The position numbers were made by a program, and so were the translations under genes. Source: an archaeon (GTDB lineage Archaea > Iainarchaeota > Iainarchaeia > Iainarchaeales > Iainarchaeaceae). From it: DNA of 37,923 nucleotides. Shown piece by piece: positions 1-8,853 of the stretch. How positions within the stretch are numbered: position 1 is the stretch's first letter; each line of letters begins with the position of its first letter. The notes below the pieces were generated by a model, which saw only the letters and a program-made list of their open reading frames with translations, had not been told where the DNA came from and ran no database searches. The stretch is from positions 1 through 37,923 of the forward strand of contig JANLGZ010000019.1 in assembly GCA_024653905.1 (NCBI GenBank). Direction: 5' to 3'.

Positions 1-128
1 AACTTACCAAGCTCTCGAAAAAAAGAGATGACAAAAAATTCACAATTTTTATGAAACAACTTGTACTACATTCGATAAAGCAGACAAATCAAAAGATAAG
101 GCATTTATAAAAAACAAGGCAATTATTT

Positions 129-293
129 ATGGTAAAAGAAATGGATTGCCATTTGTGCGGCGGAAAAGCTGAATTGAAGTATGAGGATTTTGAATTAGCT
201 TTGATTGTTTTGCTAATGTTGGTTTTGCAGTTCTTTTTATATTTGTACTCAAAAGAAGAGAAAATTACCCAAACGCAATCGAACACAAATTAA
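129..293 (+). CDS. short ORF (54 aa) with YgiT/MqsA-like zinc-ribbon start, possibly a remnant
   Basis: Hand translation MVKEMDCHLCGGKAELKYEDFELALIVLLMLVLQFFLYLYSKEEKITQTQSNTN; one CxxCGG knuckle, no second Cys pair. Confidence 0.35.
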   Translation: MVKEMDCHLCGGKAELKYEDFELALIVLLMLVLQFFLYLYSKEEKITQTQSNTN

Positions 294-457
294 ACACCCT
301 GCTTTTTATTTTCCGAAAACGTTTTTATTGCATGGCTGAAAATGGAAAAAAACATTCTTCAAAAAAAATAGTTGAAGATTTTATTTTCAAAGGAAAGCAC
401 ATTTAAAAAATTCACTCAAAAAGTTTCAAAAGACAAGTAGAAAAATATTTAAGTAAC

Positions 458-1222
458 GTGTGGAAAAAATCCTACAAAAATAAACACCACAAAACAGGTC
501 TTCCTTTACCCACTGAAAAACAGAGGATGATTGGCGAACCCCTTCCAAAAAAAGATTTAGCCCACATAAAAGGACAAGTTAGATTTGGGATTTCTATTTT
601 CTGTGCACACATCAAGAAAGCCGAACGAAAGAAACTCACATCGAAAATCAACCGGCTGATTAAAAAGAAAAATTTCAGTATTTTGGACGTAATCAATGAG
701 AGCCATGATGCTAAAGAAGTGAGATCAGACCTTTTCATGCTTTACCATTATCTCAAAGATAATGGAGAAATTTATCTTGGTTACAATGTTCTTGAATCAG
801 AAAAAATTTACTTTGCAAAAGGCTGGTCGCAGGACAAGAAGGGCAACACAACAGCAATTCACGAATGCATTCATCTTCTACACAGACTCGGAGTAATCAA
901 AATAGATATTCCCTTCGCGCAAGCTTCAGACAGACTTTACGGACTCGAAAAGGGTTTGTTCAGCCCGAAAAGAAAATTCGCATTACATGTAAAGGACTTT
1001 GACAAAAAACCGAGACCGGACAAAATACTAGAAGGAGTGCAATGTTATAATGAACCCTGGTGGAGTTATGATGTCGGAATTAAATTAGGTTACTGGATTT
1101 TTGAGAATCTAAAAGGCAAAAAACGATGGAATTACCTTTACCAAAGAACAATGGGTTTAAAGCATAAAGAAGCGCTTGAAAAAATCGGTTTTGGAAATCG
1201 TACAGCAAGAAGAACAGCATGA
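458..1222 (+). CDS. hypothetical protein with HExxH zincin-like motif
   Basis: 254-aa ORF with TTAIHECIHLLH; start uncertain (GTG 458 or a later ATG). Confidence 0.6.
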   Translation: MWKKSYKNKHHKTGLPLPTEKQRMIGEPLPKKDLAHIKGQVRFGISIFCAHIKKAERKKLTSKINRLIKKKNFSILDVINESHDAKEVRSDLFMLYHYLKDNGEIYLGYNVLESEKIYFAKGWSQDKKGNTTAIHECIHLLHRLGVIKIDIPFAQASDRLYGLEKGLFSPKRKFALHVKDFDKKPRPDKILEGVQCYNEPWWSYDVGIKLGYWIFENLKGKKRWNYLYQRTMGLKHKEALEKIGFGNRTARRTA

Positions 1223-1278
1223 AAACATTTTTTTGTTAAGTGTTTGTTACAATTTTTTCTAGCTGTAAAGGGGGGTTT

Positions 1279-1680
1279 TCATAATTTCTTCTTTTTGTTT
1301 TCTGATGCAAGCTGTGCTTTTAAATCTTCTAAAATTCTGTCTTTGTCATCAAACATTTTTTTAAATTCAGTGTCTTCGTTTTCTTCTTTCACTTTTTTCC
1401 TATCAACTCTTGGTTTTGAAATCAATTGAGAAAGACGAAGAACAATTAATGCAATTATTATAACCCCAAGACCAACCGCAGCAATTTTTGCAAGCTGTAA
1501 TGCCTCAGATACTTCTCCAAACAACTTTCCGGTTTGAGTGGTTAATCCTTCCACGTCCCCTTTTTCCAAAGCTTCAGCAATTTTATTGGCAGAATCCTGA
1601 GGACCAGCTGAAACAAACAGCACAAGCAAGGCTAAAGAAATTAACATTAACACTAAGAAAAACTTTTGATTATTTTGCAT
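1279..1680 (-). CDS. hypothetical membrane protein (signal peptide, one TM, charged tail)
   Basis: Hydrophobic N-terminus, second hydrophobic segment IAAVGLGVIIIALIVL, coiled-coil-like C-terminus. Confidence 0.7.
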   Translation of the reverse strand: MQNNQKFFLVLMLISLALLVLFVSAGPQDSANKIAEALEKGDVEGLTTQTGKLFGEVSEALQLAKIAAVGLGVIIIALIVLRLSQLISKPRVDRKKVKEENEDTEFKKMFDDKDRILEDLKAQLASENKKKKL

Positions 1681-1736
1681 ATTATCTTAAACATAAACTT
1701 TGATTCTATTATATATTACTTATCAAGTGACAAAAA

Positions 1737-2195
1737 ATGTTAGAAACAGGACAAAAAGCACCGGGTTTTTCCTTAAAGGATCAGAATGGGAAAATAATCA
1801 GCCTTTCTGATTTTTACGGAAAAAAAGTGGCGGTTTATTTTTATCCAAAAGATGATACCCCGGGATGCACAACGCAAGGATGTAATATAAGAGATAATTT
1901 TTCAGAACTTAAGAAAAAAAATATTCTAATATTTGGTATAAGCAAGGACTCGCCAGAATCTCACAAAAGATTTTCTGAAAAATACGGATTCAATTTCCCT
2001 ATTCTCAGCGATGAAAAAGGAGAAGTAATTGAAAAATACGGGGTTTTCAAAGAAAAAAGCATATTCGGAAAAACATTCATGGGAATTATCAGAACAACGT
2101 TTTTAATTGATGAAAAAGGCATTATAAAAAAAATTATAAAAAAACCCGATACTGCAAACCACTCAAAGGAAATAATTCAGGGTTTTGCCGATTGA
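1737..2195 (+). CDS. bcp: thioredoxin-dependent thiol peroxidase (Bcp/PrxQ)
   Basis: YFYPKDDTPGCTTQGC peroxidatic/resolving motif; RTTFLID. Confidence 0.95.
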   Translation: MLETGQKAPGFSLKDQNGKIISLSDFYGKKVAVYFYPKDDTPGCTTQGCNIRDNFSELKKKNILIFGISKDSPESHKRFSEKYGFNFPILSDEKGEVIEKYGVFKEKSIFGKTFMGIIRTTFLIDEKGIIKKIIKKPDTANHSKEIIQGFAD

Positions 2196-2347
2196 ACATA
2201 AGGCTTTATGCCCCGTTTCAACGGCAACAACCACTTTCTATCGCCAAACAGGAGAATAAACAGTGTTAACCAGTTTTTAACAGCAGTAAAGTTTTAAATA
2301 ATGTACAAACACTGGATATAATTGTAAATCTAACGGAGTGATTCCAA

Positions 2348-2593
2348 ATGGCAAAATTTAAAATTGAACATCACAAAGAAATCTGCATCGGATGCGGAGC
2401 ATGCGCAGCAATAGACCCTGAAGACTGGGTAATGGACGGAGACAAATCACATTTGATTGAGTCTGACAAAATAGATACTGAAAACGGCAAAGGCGAAGGA
2501 AAAATTATTGATGAATCAAAGCTCGCCCAGAATCAGGAAGCAGCAGATTCTTGTCCGGTTCCATGTATTTTTGTAAAAAAAGTCGAGGAATGA
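2348..2593 (+). CDS. monocluster ferredoxin
   Basis: CIGCGAC ... ADSCPVPCI; GGAGTG RBS upstream. Confidence 0.9.
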   Translation: MAKFKIEHHKEICIGCGACAAIDPEDWVMDGDKSHLIESDKIDTENGKGEGKIIDESKLAQNQEAADSCPVPCIFVKKVEE

Positions 2594-2621
2594 AATCCTC
2601 ATATTCTTCTTTTTGAAAAAA

Positions 2622-2858
2622 TCAAATTGCTTTTTCCAATCCAACGCCAAGAAGAGCAAGAATTCCAACGCCAAGTATAATGGATGCCTAACTACTTGTG
2701 AGATAATGCCCAGGAAATATCAGAGCATCCGCCATTCCCCAAACACCTCTCCAGAAAAGAATCACAGCTGCTCCGACAAGAGCAGTGAAAAGTATTTTGT
2801 TGCGTTTTCTGAGTTTTTTAAACTCATCTACAAGCGGGAAATTTTCTTTTTTATCCAT
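2622..2858 (-). pseudogene. small two-TM membrane protein (FWRGVWG motif) interrupted by an in-frame TAG
   Basis: Hand translation MDKKENFPLVDEFKKLRKRNKILFTALVGAAVILFWRGVWGMADALIFPGHYLTSS*ASIILGVGILALLGVGLEKAI; TAG at 2688-2690 lies before the second TM helix. Confidence 0.65.
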
Positions 2859-2895
2859 GATTAAACAACACCAAAGGAATATTTATCCATTAGCA

Positions 2896-3735
2896 TTACA
2901 ATGAATTAAAAGTTTTCTGCAAAAGCAAAGTGTCCTCTTCTATATTTGGGCTTTCACAAACAAGAACTCCTTTTGCATTAAAATCTTTTAACACCTGCAA
3001 AACACCTTTGTAATTCATATCTGCTTCTTTCAAAACCAAATGATTTCTTTCACCTTTTTCAGAATAATTTATTCCGGAAAGATGAATGTGCATATTTTGA
3101 ATTGCTTTTTTTCCAAGTTTTTTTTCAATTAACTCCATAACCTGCTCGAACTCCTCTTTTGAATTAAACTTTCCATTAGAACGCGCATGCAAATGAGAAA
3201 AATCTACCACTGGAAGCACTTGATCAAACTCCGAACTTAAATCAATTAACTCATCAATAGAACCAAACTGAGTAGGCTTTCCTGTTGTTTCAGGCCTAAT
3301 CCAAACATCAAGATCAAGAGAATTAACCTCTTCTAAAAGTTTTTTCATCTGTTCTTTAACATTAGAATAAACTTTTTCAGATTCCATTCCAAGATAAAAA
3401 CCAGGATGGAAACAAACCGAGTAACCGCCGCACGCATTTAGAATTTTTGCAGAACTTAATATTCTGCTTCTTGAAGCCCCAAGCTTTTGTTTTTCAATCG
3501 CGTTCAGATTAATAAAATAGGAAGCATGACAAGTAAGAATTATTTCATTTTCTTCAGCAACTTTTTTTACTTCAGGGGCTTTTTCCATAGAAATGTTTAC
3601 TGAATGAACAAATTCCAGTTCCATTGCACCTAAACCAAGATTTTTTACTTCTTTAATTCCATTTACAGTATCTCTTAGTTTCGTACTGAACGGTATTCCC
3701 GCAGTAGCAAACAAAAGTTTTTTCGGTTCAATCAA
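2896..3735 (-). CDS. nfo: endonuclease IV-like TIM-barrel AP endonuclease
   Basis: HASYFINL, FHPG, RPETTGK, DFSHLHAR, HIHLSGI, GERNH, CESP metal-ligand motifs. Confidence 0.88.
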   Translation of the reverse strand: MIEPKKLLFATAGIPFSTKLRDTVNGIKEVKNLGLGAMELEFVHSVNISMEKAPEVKKVAEENEIILTCHASYFINLNAIEKQKLGASRSRILSSAKILNACGGYSVCFHPGFYLGMESEKVYSNVKEQMKKLLEEVNSLDLDVWIRPETTGKPTQFGSIDELIDLSSEFDQVLPVVDFSHLHARSNGKFNSKEEFEQVMELIEKKLGKKAIQNMHIHLSGINYSEKGERNHLVLKEADMNYKGVLQVLKDFNAKGVLVCESPNIEEDTLLLQKTFNSL

Positions 3736-4286
3736 AATTCTACACCCTTTCTTGCAATTATTCCTTTATCAAAAGGATGATTGTGTTTTTTAATCTCACT
3801 AACCAAATCTGCTTTTTCAAAAATTTTTTCAAAAGGTTTGTGTGAACCTGTTAAAACCAATTCTGTTTTTTCATTTTTTGAATCCATTAATTTCAAAACA
3901 TCTTCTTCTTTTATAAGTTCAAGCTGAATCGCATAAAGAATTTCATCAACAATAACAAGATCAAAGCTCCCTGAAGAAACAGATTTAATAGAATGATTCA
4001 AAGCTTTTTTTGCTTCAGCAAGATGTTCTTGGCTTGGTTTTCCAATAACCCATTTTTTTATTCCGAATCGTTTATAAGAAAAATTATCAAATTTTTTTAA
4101 TGCAGTTATTTCTCCTGTTTCATCAAAATTTTTGTTTGCTTCAATACCAAATTTCATGAACTGAACCAAATGAACATTAAATCCCCGCCCTAACATTCTA
4201 AGAGCCAAGCCTAAAGAGGCAGTTGTTTTTCCCTTGCCGTTTCCCCAATAAACTTGGATTTGACCAAAATTCGGTTTAGATTCCAT
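3732..4286 (-). CDS. cobO: cob(I)alamin adenosyltransferase, CobO/BtuR type
   Basis: VYWGNGKGKTTASLG P-loop, VQFMK, IVDE, ELVLTG, ADLVSEI, HPFDKGIIARKGVEF. Confidence 0.92.
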   Translation of the reverse strand: MESKPNFGQIQVYWGNGKGKTTASLGLALRMLGRGFNVHLVQFMKFGIEANKNFDETGEITALKKFDNFSYKRFGIKKWVIGKPSQEHLAEAKKALNHSIKSVSSGSFDLVIVDEILYAIQLELIKEEDVLKLMDSKNEKTELVLTGSHKPFEKIFEKADLVSEIKKHNHPFDKGIIARKGVEF

Positions 4287-4404
4287 ACAAAAAAATAAGA
4301 GTGAAGTTCTTTAAAACACTTGGGAAGCATTTAAAATCTGTACGGTATCTAATTTGAATAGACTTATTTTAGATGCTAAGTTAACGAAATTTGAGGTGTA
4401 TATT

Positions 4405-4806
4405 ATGGCTAAAGAAGAAAAAAAAGAAAAAGAAGCTGAAAAGCTAGAAGAAGAACAAGTAATAGAAGAGGAAGAAGAGGAAATTGATGACTCTAAATTA
4501 CCTTTTCCAAGAGCAACTATTGTAAACATGCTCAGAAAACACCTCACTTCTGGAAAACAAATTAAGGGACAGGTTAAAAATGAAATGAATCTCTGGCTCG
4601 GAAAAATGGTTGAAAGAATTGCCGACAAAATGAACACATACCCGTACACTTACGTTGACGGATCAATGTTAAGAGAAGCAATTGAACCATACGAAAACAT
4701 TCAGGATATTGAAAAAGAAAAAGAAAGAATCATCAAGCAATTAGAATCTATAAAAGCAGCTTGTGATGTTTTAATCTTGGAAGTTGACAGGAAATTCATT
4801 AAGTAA
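4405..4806 (+). CDS. histone-fold protein with acidic N-tail and C-terminal coiled coil
   Basis: LPFPRATIVNMLRK helix 1 as in NF-YB/Dr1/HMf folds, long helix 2, YVDGSMLREAI helix 3; ATG 4405 follows a GAGGTG RBS. Confidence 0.7.
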   Translation: MAKEEKKEKEAEKLEEEQVIEEEEEEIDDSKLPFPRATIVNMLRKHLTSGKQIKGQVKNEMNLWLGKMVERIADKMNTYPYTYVDGSMLREAIEPYENIQDIEKEKERIIKQLESIKAACDVLILEVDRKFIK

Positions 4807-4815
4807 GTGATTCTT

Positions 4816-4992
4816 ATGGCTGAAAAAAAGAAACTCAAACAAACAGAGAATCCTTACGAAAATGAGCAAGTAGAAGAAATGCTTGAAAACGATGAAATTG
4901 ATCCTAAAGAAGCAGGCTTTATGGAAGGGTACAATGAAAAGCAAACAAAAGACCCAAAGAAGCTGAAAGATATTATTGATGATGAAAAATAA
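4816..4992 (+). CDS. small acidic hypothetical protein
   Basis: EEMLENDEIDPKEAGFMEGY; closely follows the histone-fold gene. Confidence 0.65.
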   Translation: MAEKKKLKQTENPYENEQVEEMLENDEIDPKEAGFMEGYNEKQTKDPKKLKDIIDDEK

Positions 4993-4999
4993 ATTGAAC

Positions 5000-5019
5000 G
5001 GGTTCTTTTAGGAGAACTC
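5000..5019. terminator. hairpin between convergent genes
   Basis: GGGTTCT-TTTAGG-AGAACTC with a T-rich tract downstream. Confidence 0.45.
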
Positions 5020-5032
5020 AAACCTTATTTTT

Positions 5033-5608
5033 TTAATTCAAAAATTGTTCATAATCTGATTCTAAAATATCTTTTACTTTCTTAGCAATGCTTGAATGCG
5101 GATTCAAAAAAAGAAATGCCTTCAACTGATTAACGTTCCCTACTTTTCTTTTAATTGAAGCCTTTTCAAAATCAATTATTATAGGCAATCCTTTTTTCAC
5201 AATAATATTTCTTCCTTTACCCGCAAGCTGACCGTGATCCAAACCGATTTTATCAATTTTTTCTGCCTGTTCAAAAAGTTCTTTCAGAAACTTTTCAAGT
5301 TCGGTTTTTTTTGGATTTGAAAAAAGCCAATTATTAAAAGAAACTCCGTTAACATATTCCATTAACACAACTTTATTTTCAAAATCTACTTCAATTAATT
5401 TCGGGCCTACACTAACAGAGTTGGCAAGTTTTAGGTTCTCAGATTCACGCTCAACCATATTTATACGATGGACTTTTTCCCTCAAAGATTTTGCCACAAG
5501 TTTTTTTCCTTTAGAATCTTCAACAAGATAAACGAAAGAAGTCCACCCTTTAGCTATCTGTTCAACTAATTTAAAATTGTTTTTTTTCAGAAAATTTTCT
5601 ATTGACAT
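5033..5608 (-). CDS. archaeal Ser/Thr protein kinase (RIO/Bud32-like fold)
   Basis: KGWTSFVY glycine loop, VAK, helix-C Glu (ERE), LMEYV, HGQL..NII, IIDFEKAS. Confidence 0.85.
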   Translation of the reverse strand: MSIENFLKKNNFKLVEQIAKGWTSFVYLVEDSKGKKLVAKSLREKVHRINMVERESENLKLANSVSVGPKLIEVDFENKVVLMEYVNGVSFNNWLFSNPKKTELEKFLKELFEQAEKIDKIGLDHGQLAGKGRNIIVKKGLPIIIDFEKASIKRKVGNVNQLKAFLFLNPHSSIAKKVKDILESDYEQFLN

Positions 5609-5642
5609 TTATAAAAATAAAAAGGAAAGGATTAAAGCACTT

Positions 5643-5915
5643 TCATTTAAAAGTGCTGTCGTCCAATGCCAAAAATTCTGTGCCATTAAAGTCTGAATCA
5701 TTTAAAAGAGACTCTAATTCGTTCAATTCCGAATCAAGGGCAGCAAGTTCTTCATCAGAAGTTACCAAAGAATCTCCCGCAACAGGCTGTTCCTGAATCT
5801 GGCTTGTGTCACCACTTTGATTTTGGGCACCAGTATTCTGTCCCTGAGTTTGTGATGCACACCCAGACAACAGAACTGCCAGAATGAGGATTGATGCTAA
5901 AATTGATTTATTCAT
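5643..5915 (-). CDS. predicted lipoprotein
   Basis: Signal peptide with LLSGC lipobox; Q/N-rich linker; acidic helix. Confidence 0.75.
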   Translation of the reverse strand: MNKSILASILILAVLLSGCASQTQGQNTGAQNQSGDTSQIQEQPVAGDSLVTSDEELAALDSELNELESLLNDSDFNGTEFLALDDSTFK

Positions 5916-7009
5916 TGTACATCAACCCCATTAACATCTTCAGAATTGTGTTCTAACTCATCGTTTCCTGAATCATCCGCGCCAGAATCATCTCCTGAAT
6001 CATCAAATGAATCAGTTGAGTCATCTGAAAGTTCATTGAGTTCATCAGATGTTTCTGTGGTTATTTCAACGTTATGTTCTATTTCTTTTGTGGCTTTGAA
6101 CATTACCTTTATCAGCCTGAGGTTTTCTATCAGATTTCTGTTCATTTCCCTCAGCTTATCATAGGCATCATTCAATATTTCCGCCTTATTCTCTTTTGTT
6201 TCAGCATCGTTGAATGCCTGTCTTAGCACATTATAATCCTGCTGAAACTGCACCACATCTTCTTTAAGCTGATTAATCGCATTTTGGATTGCGTTAACAT
6301 CACGGCCATTTTCAGCAAGCGTATCAACAACTGCCTGAAGCCTTTCAGAGAATGTTTCAGCTTTGTTTATTATTCCATTAATTCCATTGTTTATTTTTTT
6401 GCCTGCAGAAATTCTCAGGTTATGCTCCCACTTATTCCAGTAACCCTGTATGTCTTTTGAAAGGACAATTAATTCCCCTTGAGTGATTGCTTCATTCTGA
6501 AGAAGTTCCTGCTTTTCTTCAAAAAAAGTTATTACTTCACTAAGATTATCAGGCGCATTTTCATTTTCCTGCATTGCATAAAGCTTATTGAGAATTACTT
6601 CAACCTGATCGATTAAAACTTCGCTTGATTTATGCCTGAGCCTTTCTCTTAAACTTGCTTTTGCAGCTTCTCTGGAACTTTTGAGTTCACCCCTTAAAGA
6701 ATTAAAATCCTCAAGCTTTTGCTTTACTCTTTCTCTTGCATCCTCTTGTTTGATTCTTAATTCTTCAATTTTATTTTTTCTTTCCTCATATTTTTCTCTT
6801 AAATCATCCAGTCTTTCCTGAACCTTTTCCCTTGCATCCGAAGGATTTCTTTCAACTCCTATAGCAACTGGTCTTGGATCATCAGCCTGCACCCTTCTCC
6901 CACTTGAATTGTCAGAATCGGAATCATTTGTATCTTCATCTGCAACAGCAATTGCGGAAAAAAGCACCAACAAAATAAGAGCCAGCACTGAAACACTTTT
7001 AATTTTCAT
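5912..7009 (-). CDS. secreted long coiled-coil protein with acidic termini
   Basis: Signal peptide ending AVA-D, heptad-rich E/K/R body, DDS repeats; ATG 7009 follows a GGAGGT RBS. Confidence 0.75.
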   Translation of the reverse strand: MKIKSVSVLALILLVLFSAIAVADEDTNDSDSDNSSGRRVQADDPRPVAIGVERNPSDAREKVQERLDDLREKYEERKNKIEELRIKQEDARERVKQKLEDFNSLRGELKSSREAAKASLRERLRHKSSEVLIDQVEVILNKLYAMQENENAPDNLSEVITFFEEKQELLQNEAITQGELIVLSKDIQGYWNKWEHNLRISAGKKINNGINGIINKAETFSERLQAVVDTLAENGRDVNAIQNAINQLKEDVVQFQQDYNVLRQAFNDAETKENKAEILNDAYDKLREMNRNLIENLRLIKVMFKATKEIEHNVEITTETSDELNELSDDSTDSFDDSGDDSGADDSGNDELEHNSEDVNGVDVQ

Positions 7010-7192
7010 TTTAAACCTCCTGTTCACCCCAAAGGGTTTTTCCTGTACCTAATGCACAGTTTTTCTTTAAAAAGTTACTTTCAATCATTGAAAAATTAAA
7101 GCTTTACAAAACCTTTTTTTCAGCAGTAAAACTTTACAACTGCTTTTTTTGTTCAGGAAAGGATTTAAAGGGTTTTTCAAGAATACTATTTA

Positions 7193-7954
7193 ATGAATTG
7201 GAAAATAATTTCTGCACTTATTTTAATTTCAAGTTTTGTGAACGCCGCAACAATTTCTGGAACAACATTTGAATGGTACACTTTAGAACCATTAGAAAAT
7301 GTTATTATTGAAATTAATACAACACCCAACCAATTGATGGTTGCGGAATTAGGATTTTATTCTTTTAATGTGCCACAAGGAAATTATGAATTAAACGCAT
7401 TTTATTTTGACGGAAACAATCTGAAATACAGGGCAAATGAAAAAATCATTATTGAAGCAGACGGGAATTTTACGCGCGATATTCTTATGCTTCCGCCTCT
7501 TGAGGAAAATGATTTTTTAATGGAAGACATAGGAGAAATAACAATTCCCGAAACCCCTGCTGTTGAGGAACCGAAAGAAGATTTGGGGCAGATAGGAATC
7601 GGGATTGTGCTTTTGATTGTAGCAATGATTCTGATTATTTATGGTGCCGAAAAAATAACAAAATCTGCAACCGGATTAAAAACTGAAAGAATAGGAATTG
7701 AGGAAAAATATTTTGAAAGGTCAAAAGAATTTTTGGAAACAAAAGAAAATCAAACATCGCAAAAAACTGACAAAGATTTGGACGAGGTCCTGGGAATTCT
7801 GAAACGCTATGGCGGAAGAATGACACAAAAAGATTTACGGAATAAAGTTGATTTTGGGGAAGCTAAAACGTCCTTAATTATTGCCGAACTTGAAGAAATG
7901 GGGAAAATAAAGAAATTCAAAAAAGGAAGAGGAAATATTATTGTTTTAAAATAA
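7193..7954 (+). CDS. membrane-anchored winged-helix regulator (COG2512-like) with an extracellular carboxypeptidase-regulatory-like beta domain
   Basis: Signal peptide; ATISG...YSFNVPQGNY; one TM; C-terminal GGRMTQKDLR...EAKTSLIIAELEEMGKIKKFKKGRGNII. Confidence 0.82.
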   Translation: MNWKIISALILISSFVNAATISGTTFEWYTLEPLENVIIEINTTPNQLMVAELGFYSFNVPQGNYELNAFYFDGNNLKYRANEKIIIEADGNFTRDILMLPPLEENDFLMEDIGEITIPETPAVEEPKEDLGQIGIGIVLLIVAMILIIYGAEKITKSATGLKTERIGIEEKYFERSKEFLETKENQTSQKTDKDLDEVLGILKRYGGRMTQKDLRNKVDFGEAKTSLIIAELEEMGKIKKFKKGRGNIIVLK

Positions 7955-7955
7955 A

Positions 7956-8444
7956 TTATTTTTTTGCTTTTTCCAACCCCATTTTTATTGCATCTCCAAT
8001 TCCGAGGTCAGGACCCTGCATTTCCAACAAATGCATATCTTTCCCATACTGCAAAGCAGTCTCAAGAAAACCTATTGATTTTTCATGACCAATTCTTCCG
8101 CAGGCTAAAGCAATTTGTATTACAACATTCGGATCAACCTTTTTTCTTTTTAATTCTCTAATCAAAGCTTTCCCCAGAGAAACCGCCGCGGCTTCATTTC
8201 TGAAAAGCGCAAGTGATTTTGCGGCAGAGATTTTTACAGCAGGAGAAATATCCATAGTAATTGAAGTATTCAACGGAATTATTGCAGCAGGATTATTTGA
8301 ATGGCCTAAATGTTCTGCTGCCAGTGCCCTGGATTGATAATCAGAGTTTTTCCTACTGAGCTGAGTTTTTAATGCAGTTATATCTGCCACCTTTCTTTCC
8401 ACAGATTCCACAGGCCTTTTTTTCCAAGGCAATCTAAAAGACAT
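7956..8444 (-). CDS. HEAT-repeat protein
   Basis: Repeats RALAAEHLG / KISAAKSLA / IQIALACGRIG; start at MSFRLPW preferred. Confidence 0.7.
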   Translation of the reverse strand: MSFRLPWKKRPVESVERKVADITALKTQLSRKNSDYQSRALAAEHLGHSNNPAAIIPLNTSITMDISPAVKISAAKSLALFRNEAAAVSLGKALIRELKRKKVDPNVVIQIALACGRIGHEKSIGFLETALQYGKDMHLLEMQGPDLGIGDAIKMGLEKAKK

Positions 8445-8527
8445 AATTAAATTAGGCGCGGGAAGATATAAAAGTTCCGAATTAACCATTCGAAAGTAGT
8501 AAAAAAAGAAATGCACACTATTATTCT

Positions 8528-8731
8528 ATGGCTTTGGATTTGTTCAGCGATGATACTGAAAAGCTTCTCACAGGGATTCTGCTTATAGTATTGGCAACAG
8601 TATTACTCTTAAGCGGCCTGAACTTGTTATTTGATTTCACTTATTTCTTCTCACAAGAGATTGATATTGTATTTGCATTTATTGCAATAATCATTGGAAT
8701 AACTCTAATTTTCTCAAATACAAAAAAATAA
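8528..8731 (+). CDS. small two-TM membrane protein
   Basis: Two hydrophobic helices in 67 aa. Confidence 0.65.
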   Translation: MALDLFSDDTEKLLTGILLIVLATVLLLSGLNLLFDFTYFFSQEIDIVFAFIAIIIGITLIFSNTKK

Positions 8732-8735
8732 CCTG

Positions 8736-8805
8736 CATATCCACCACTTTGTTAGATGTGTATATCCATCAAAAACTAACATTTATAAGGGTTTCATATC
8801 CATCA
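8736..8805 (+). promoter_or_regulatory. thermosome promoter with three (C/T)ATATCCA(C/T)CA repeats around a TATA box
   Basis: CATATCCACCA 8736, TATATCCATCA 8761, CATATCCATCA 8795; TTTATAA 8782-8788. Confidence 0.55.
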
Positions 8806-8853
8806 ATAATTAATACTAATTATTAAGAAAACCATTTTTTAGGAGATGATATT

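Noticed and set aside
2613..2864. + strand 83-aa ORF
   Set aside because: Shadow of the minus-strand membrane gene, which has a clear TM pattern.
5940..6045. GAATCATC-type DNA repeats
   Set aside because: Explained by the low-complexity Asp/Ser tail of the encoded protein.
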